Part shown: positions 33,774 through 37,607 of the stretch, in pieces
Numbering within the stretch: position 1 is the first letter of the stretch
Layout of the letters: the number at the start of each line of letters is the position of its first letter
Virus record (IMG/VR): IMGVR_UViG_3300010362_000053
Location: 1 to 37,607 of that record
Reading direction: 5' to 3' (one strand)
DNA: 37,607 nt
From: a virus
Lineage: Duplodnaviria > Caudoviricetes
Translations under genes and position numbers: made by a program
Notes under the pieces: model-generated
Seen by the model: only the letters and a program-made list of their open reading frames with translations
What the model was told of the DNA's origin: nothing
The model's database searches: none

Positions 33774-35237
33774 CTAGCGCCCTCCCCCTCCATTGAGAAC
33801 CGGCACAGGCAGCGTGGGTGGTGCTGGCATCGTCCGTGTCGCGGCGCTCAGAAGTGTGTTGAGCACATCACCCGAACGCTCAGCCTGCCAGCGATTCATC
33901 TGCTCAGAGGTAGCATTCAGGACGTACTCAATGATCGCACTCTGCGGCAGAATGTCCTTGAGCTTGACGGCGGCATCGGCGCGCTCAGCCAAAGAGCGAG
34001 TTTCGTGATCACCCCATGTCAACTCTGCTGTCTGCGGCAGATCGACAGGCTCGTCCAGCATCAATCCTGACAGCCGCAGAATCTCCTCATACCCCTCACC
34101 GAGACTCGCCTGGTGCGAGGGGATCTTGGCGATCAGTGTGCCCTCGGAAGCGCGAATCGCGTCTGCTGACAGGTTGGTCATCCCCTGCGCGAGCGGCAGG
34201 TAGTGACGCGGCGTATGCGTCAGAGCGGCGAACTGATCAAGCTCGGCGTAGATCGACAGGTTGCTCCTGTCAGCAGCCTTGAACTCTGCGAGCGCCGCCT
34301 GCGGGTTCTCAAGCTGGAACATGCCACTGGCCTGCGCATCGAACAGCGGCACTTGGCGTGTCAGTGCTTCGCCGGTTGTCTCATCGATGATTGGCTGACC
34401 GTCATCAGTCTTGAGAACCTCGCGGCGGATCTTCTCCCCGATCACACCGCGCAGTGGAAAGCCCATATAGAAGGCGACGACCAGGCCCAGGAACGTCAGC
34501 AGGTTGATGCGATCGATCAAACCGGTGCAGGACTCGAACTCGCCCCGCGCATAGCCGAACTGCCCCGGCTTGAGCCTGCGATTGACCGGAAGCTCGACCA
34601 CCGGCACGACTTCGTACGGATTCTCAAGCGGCCAGTCCTCATCCTCGCCTGTGCGCTTCTGCCAATCAATATTGGCGACACCCTTGCGCGAGTCCTCAGG
34701 GCCGATGTACTTATAGATGCCGTCAGCCCGGTACAGCGTGGCGTAGGGGCGATTCTGCTCCACCCAGTAGCGCATCGCCGCCTGACGCCGACGCCGACTC
34801 CCCGGTGCGTACATCACAGCCATCTGTGAGGCATTGTCCAGGGAGATCTCGGGATAGTCGTTCTCGTCGGGCCACACCAGGGCGAACGACCGTCCAGAAA
34901 CCAGCGCGGCGTTGTTGGCTAGCTGGCTCTCGGCGTCCATGCCGTTCGTCTGCCACACCTCCCACAGCGCATTGTCCACAGTCTTGTCACCACTGCTGAT
35001 GCCAGTCACTTGCAGGCGGTTCAGCACCGAATCCACGGCCACAGCACCCCAAGGGGCGTCAGAGAGGCCGACCAGCATTCGATACGCCTTCGTGACCTTG
35101 GCCTTGGTGACGGCCTCGGGTAGCGGGCAGTCGCCTTCGTAGTAACGGTCCAGCCGATGCTCGGTCCTGGCGCGCTTGGCGATTACCGCGCCGATGGTTG
35201 CAAGCTGCTCTTCGAGAACGGAATCATCGACTGGCAT
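33774..35237 (-). CDS. portal protein (SPP1 gp6-like)
   Basis: LDRYYEG...W..N.MD...GRSF..VW...VPVV...N...NLSADAIRA.E motif. Confidence 0.92.
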   Translation of the reverse strand: MPVDDSVLEEQLATIGAVIAKRARTEHRLDRYYEGDCPLPEAVTKAKVTKAYRMLVGLSDAPWGAVAVDSVLNRLQVTGISSGDKTVDNALWEVWQTNGMDAESQLANNAALVSGRSFALVWPDENDYPEISLDNASQMAVMYAPGSRRRRQAAMRYWVEQNRPYATLYRADGIYKYIGPEDSRKGVANIDWQKRTGEDEDWPLENPYEVVPVVELPVNRRLKPGQFGYARGEFESCTGLIDRINLLTFLGLVVAFYMGFPLRGVIGEKIRREVLKTDDGQPIIDETTGEALTRQVPLFDAQASGMFQLENPQAALAEFKAADRSNLSIYAELDQFAALTHTPRHYLPLAQGMTNLSADAIRASEGTLIAKIPSHQASLGEGYEEILRLSGLMLDEPVDLPQTAELTWGDHETRSLAERADAAVKLKDILPQSAIIEYVLNATSEQMNRWQAERSGDVLNTLLSAATRTMPAPPTLPVPVLNGGGGR

Positions 35238-35269
35238 AGCGGGACTTTACACCAGAAATCAAGCCATGT

Positions 35270-36955
35270 TTACTGCCATGCCGCGTGTTCGTAGGATGGT
35301 TCTGAAAACTCGTCTTCCTTCAAGGCATCGTCGCGGGCACGTCTAGCCAATATTGCTGACGGGGCTGAGTCGATCTTGAGCGGGCTGCCGGTGCGGTCCT
35401 TGCGAATCACAAACGCCTCTTCCGCCTTGTCTTCGAGCTTGATCTTGACCTTGCGCGTGCGGGCGTTCTGCAAGTGCCAAGCGACAAGCGTCTTGCCGTC
35501 CCGCTTCTGCTCTGAGGTACGCAGTGGAATCGGATCAATGGTGACTCGCTCATCAGGATTCTCGCGCCGAATCGCCGTCCTCAGTGCGCCGGTTGCGATC
35601 GCCATCTTGTAGTCCTGGTTTGTCCAGAATGCTGTCACTGGCGGGCTGCCATAATCCCGCGCCCAGGCCGACATTTCGTCCTGCCAATATGGGGGATCTC
35701 CGTAGAAGCGCACAACGGCAAAGTTGTCCATCGTCCACTCGACAGCATCATTGACATCCTCGCGCCACCGAAGCTGCCCCGGCTCGGGCGTCCAGTAACC
35801 GATCGTGAACAGATCGCCGTTCTCGCGGCAGCCGAAGAGCGCCGTGTGGTCGTCTGACTCCGAGCCATCGAAGCCAACACAGATGCGCTCACCGGGGACG
35901 GGATCGACATCACCGAGACAGACCGAGATCTCCTCGGGATAGAGCCATTGCGCTGAACCGGCGCGCGGGATGTTCAAATAGAAGCGGAAGCCCTCTCCTT
36001 CCGGATCTTCGGCGTCACGGATAATTCTGACAATCTTGTTGAAATCCGTCCACGAATCCTTGTATGGCGCGTAAGCAGTCCTGAGCGCCTTCTTCAAGCT
36101 CGCGTCTTGATTGAAGATCTTCGGCGGCTCGCCACGCTTATGATCGAACAAGACGCCATACTTGACAACTGCCTCCTCGTAGTCCACCTCGGCGTACTTC
36201 TCAGCCATCTGCTCGATCACGGAGTTCTCTCCGGGCTGCCAGGCGGTTGAATACGAGGCCACCCACGGATCGGCCGCAGCACGCTTGCCGGTGTTTCTGA
36301 CAACAGTGCGATGCATGTTCCGCAGCTTCTTCGAGTACATCAGATGCTCTTCATCACTAGCGACATGGCTCTCCTTGCCGCCGTCCTTCGAGGCGTCACC
36401 ACTAGTGCTCGGCACGATCTCGCCACCGAGCGGTCCCTTGAGGTAGATCCTGGTGCTGGACTGCGCTGATCGCCCCAGATCGAAGGCGTAGTTATTCGCG
36501 ACATCGCCATTCTCAAGCATGTACGTCACGTTGTCGTACACGTTCGAGCTTTGATCCTCCTCCGTAGCCATGATCCGCACGAACGGATATGTGACAGCAA
36601 TGCCGACAGGCTCACCGTTGGCATCGAAGCCGTCGCAGCGGACCGGCCCGAGTGCCTCGGCGCAGCACACCATCCCGGCAATCTCGCTCTTGCGCATGCC
36701 CTTGGAGCGGCAATAGACGGAGCGATGAACCAGTCTGCGACCGGCGTCAGGGTTAGGAGTCTTGTCGTCGTCTAGGAACTGCGGCTGGACACGATAGGCC
36801 CAGCACAGCCAGGCGTACTCCTCAAGATCAAGCCGGATCGTGTCACCCTGGATGTCTCCGGGGCCGTGGCACAGCATCGCCTCAATCCAGTCGATCACCT
36901 GTGGCCCAAGCGTGGGAAACGTCACCGGATACTTGACAAGCGGCGGAAGTGTCAT
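35270..36955 (-). CDS. terL: terminase large subunit
   Basis: TLGPQV.DWIE..L.HGPGD..G, RSKG.RKSE, DEEH, GFDGS..DD.TAL, KID..P motifs. Confidence 0.95.
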   Translation of the reverse strand: MTLPPLVKYPVTFPTLGPQVIDWIEAMLCHGPGDIQGDTIRLDLEEYAWLCWAYRVQPQFLDDDKTPNPDAGRRLVHRSVYCRSKGMRKSEIAGMVCCAEALGPVRCDGFDANGEPVGIAVTYPFVRIMATEEDQSSNVYDNVTYMLENGDVANNYAFDLGRSAQSSTRIYLKGPLGGEIVPSTSGDASKDGGKESHVASDEEHLMYSKKLRNMHRTVVRNTGKRAAADPWVASYSTAWQPGENSVIEQMAEKYAEVDYEEAVVKYGVLFDHKRGEPPKIFNQDASLKKALRTAYAPYKDSWTDFNKIVRIIRDAEDPEGEGFRFYLNIPRAGSAQWLYPEEISVCLGDVDPVPGERICVGFDGSESDDHTALFGCRENGDLFTIGYWTPEPGQLRWREDVNDAVEWTMDNFAVVRFYGDPPYWQDEMSAWARDYGSPPVTAFWTNQDYKMAIATGALRTAIRRENPDERVTIDPIPLRTSEQKRDGKTLVAWHLQNARTRKVKIKLEDKAEEAFVIRKDRTGSPLKIDSAPSAILARRARDDALKEDEFSEPSYEHAAWQ

Positions 36956-37066
36956 GACTTATGACACGGACAGAGGCACTTTGCGTCGCAGAACTTGCAT
37001 ATCCTGCGACACTTTTCATGCAAACCGTGCTGACAAGCCGTCGAGATATAGAGGTGGTTTGTCATC

Positions 37067-37531
37067 CTAGCCACCGTGCTTCAATCCCTTGAGCCGTTCA
37101 TCCATGCTGACGACGTTATCCGGCAGCTTCGTTTCCTTGGTGGCCTCCTTGCCGATCCCAAACGTGATCCTGAACCGCAGATTGCGCTTTCCTGCCGGGT
37201 TGAGGCCGAGCAAGGTCAATCGCTGGCGCAATTCCGGCGCTGTCTTGATGGTGACACCTTCCTCATCGATGAGCCAGAGGGTTTCGAGCGCAAAATCGAT
37301 GTCTCCCTCTGTCCAGTATGTTGTCACCGGATCGAGTCGCCACCGCTTCCAGCGCTTCTGCGCGCGAATGCCAAACGATGAGCGCCCGCGCTTGAATGGT
37401 GGCTTCTCCGGTAGCACCGGCTCTGACAGCACTGGTTCATGGATATCAATCCATTCGCCGCGCGTTGGAACATTGTTACGCCGTCGCTCAGAGGGTTCTT
37501 TGGGCGCAGGACCGCTAGCAGGCATTGTCAC
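37067..37531 (-). CDS. terS: terminase small subunit
   Basis: GPAPK...RRRNN...W..W...ELR.....LG..P..R..LR motif of actinophage TerS; upstream of terL. Confidence 0.85.
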   Translation of the reverse strand: MTMPASGPAPKEPSERRRNNVPTRGEWIDIHEPVLSEPVLPEKPPFKRGRSSFGIRAQKRWKRWRLDPVTTYWTEGDIDFALETLWLIDEEGVTIKTAPELRQRLTLLGLNPAGKRNLRFRITFGIGKEATKETKLPDNVVSMDERLKGLKHGG

Positions 37532-37607
37532 TATTCCTTACAAGCTTCCAGAGTCATACTGCTCCGCACAGACCGATTCCGACAACCCGTGCGAGTTGCG
37601 GCTTACA

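Larger units (their letters stand above)
1..37607. mobile_element. Near-complete temperate siphovirus genome, linear/excised form
   Basis: Full terS-to-tail gene order, integrase/Xis and a replication gene. Joining the ends places the HNH operon directly upstream of terS on the minus strand. No host genes are present. Confidence 0.9.

Noticed and set aside
1-37607. CRISPR array, diversity-generating retroelement, retron, tRNA genes
   Set aside because: No regularly spaced repeats, reverse transcriptase, TR/VR pair or cloverleaf were found by eye.

Overview
The window looks like an essentially complete ~37.6-kb temperate siphovirus genome in its linear/excised form, probably from a high-GC actinobacterial host. 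The two ends fall between the packaging HNH operon and terS (cos-like junction), and the attP looks intact. Minus strand: a late operon (terS, terL, portal, MuF-like, scaffold, capsid, head/neck fibre-like proteins, four tandem glycosyltransferases, neck genes, major tail, frameshifted chaperones, tape measure with two putative muralytic domains, Dit, Tal, holin-like) that wraps round to small genes and the packaging HNH at 187-2615. Centre: a very small early/lysogeny region (wHTH, Xis-like protein, tyrosine integrase and attP, HNH-AP2, candidate origin, DUF3631-type replication ATPase, secreted Cys/Asp-repeat moron). Most notable: (1) a ~540-nt densely structured non-coding segment (3175-3712) with long-range closing helices, starting at a perfect LexA/SOS box, in a phage with no recognisable CI repressor; (2) a four-glycosyltransferase cassette inside the neck module, next to Ser/Thr-rich repeat proteins; (3) four GCAU-tetraloop hairpins with a compensatory change around the scaffold and capsid start regions; (4) no recognisable endolysin or prohead protease. 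All calls come from reading the sequence and translations by eye; no searches or folding programs were run.
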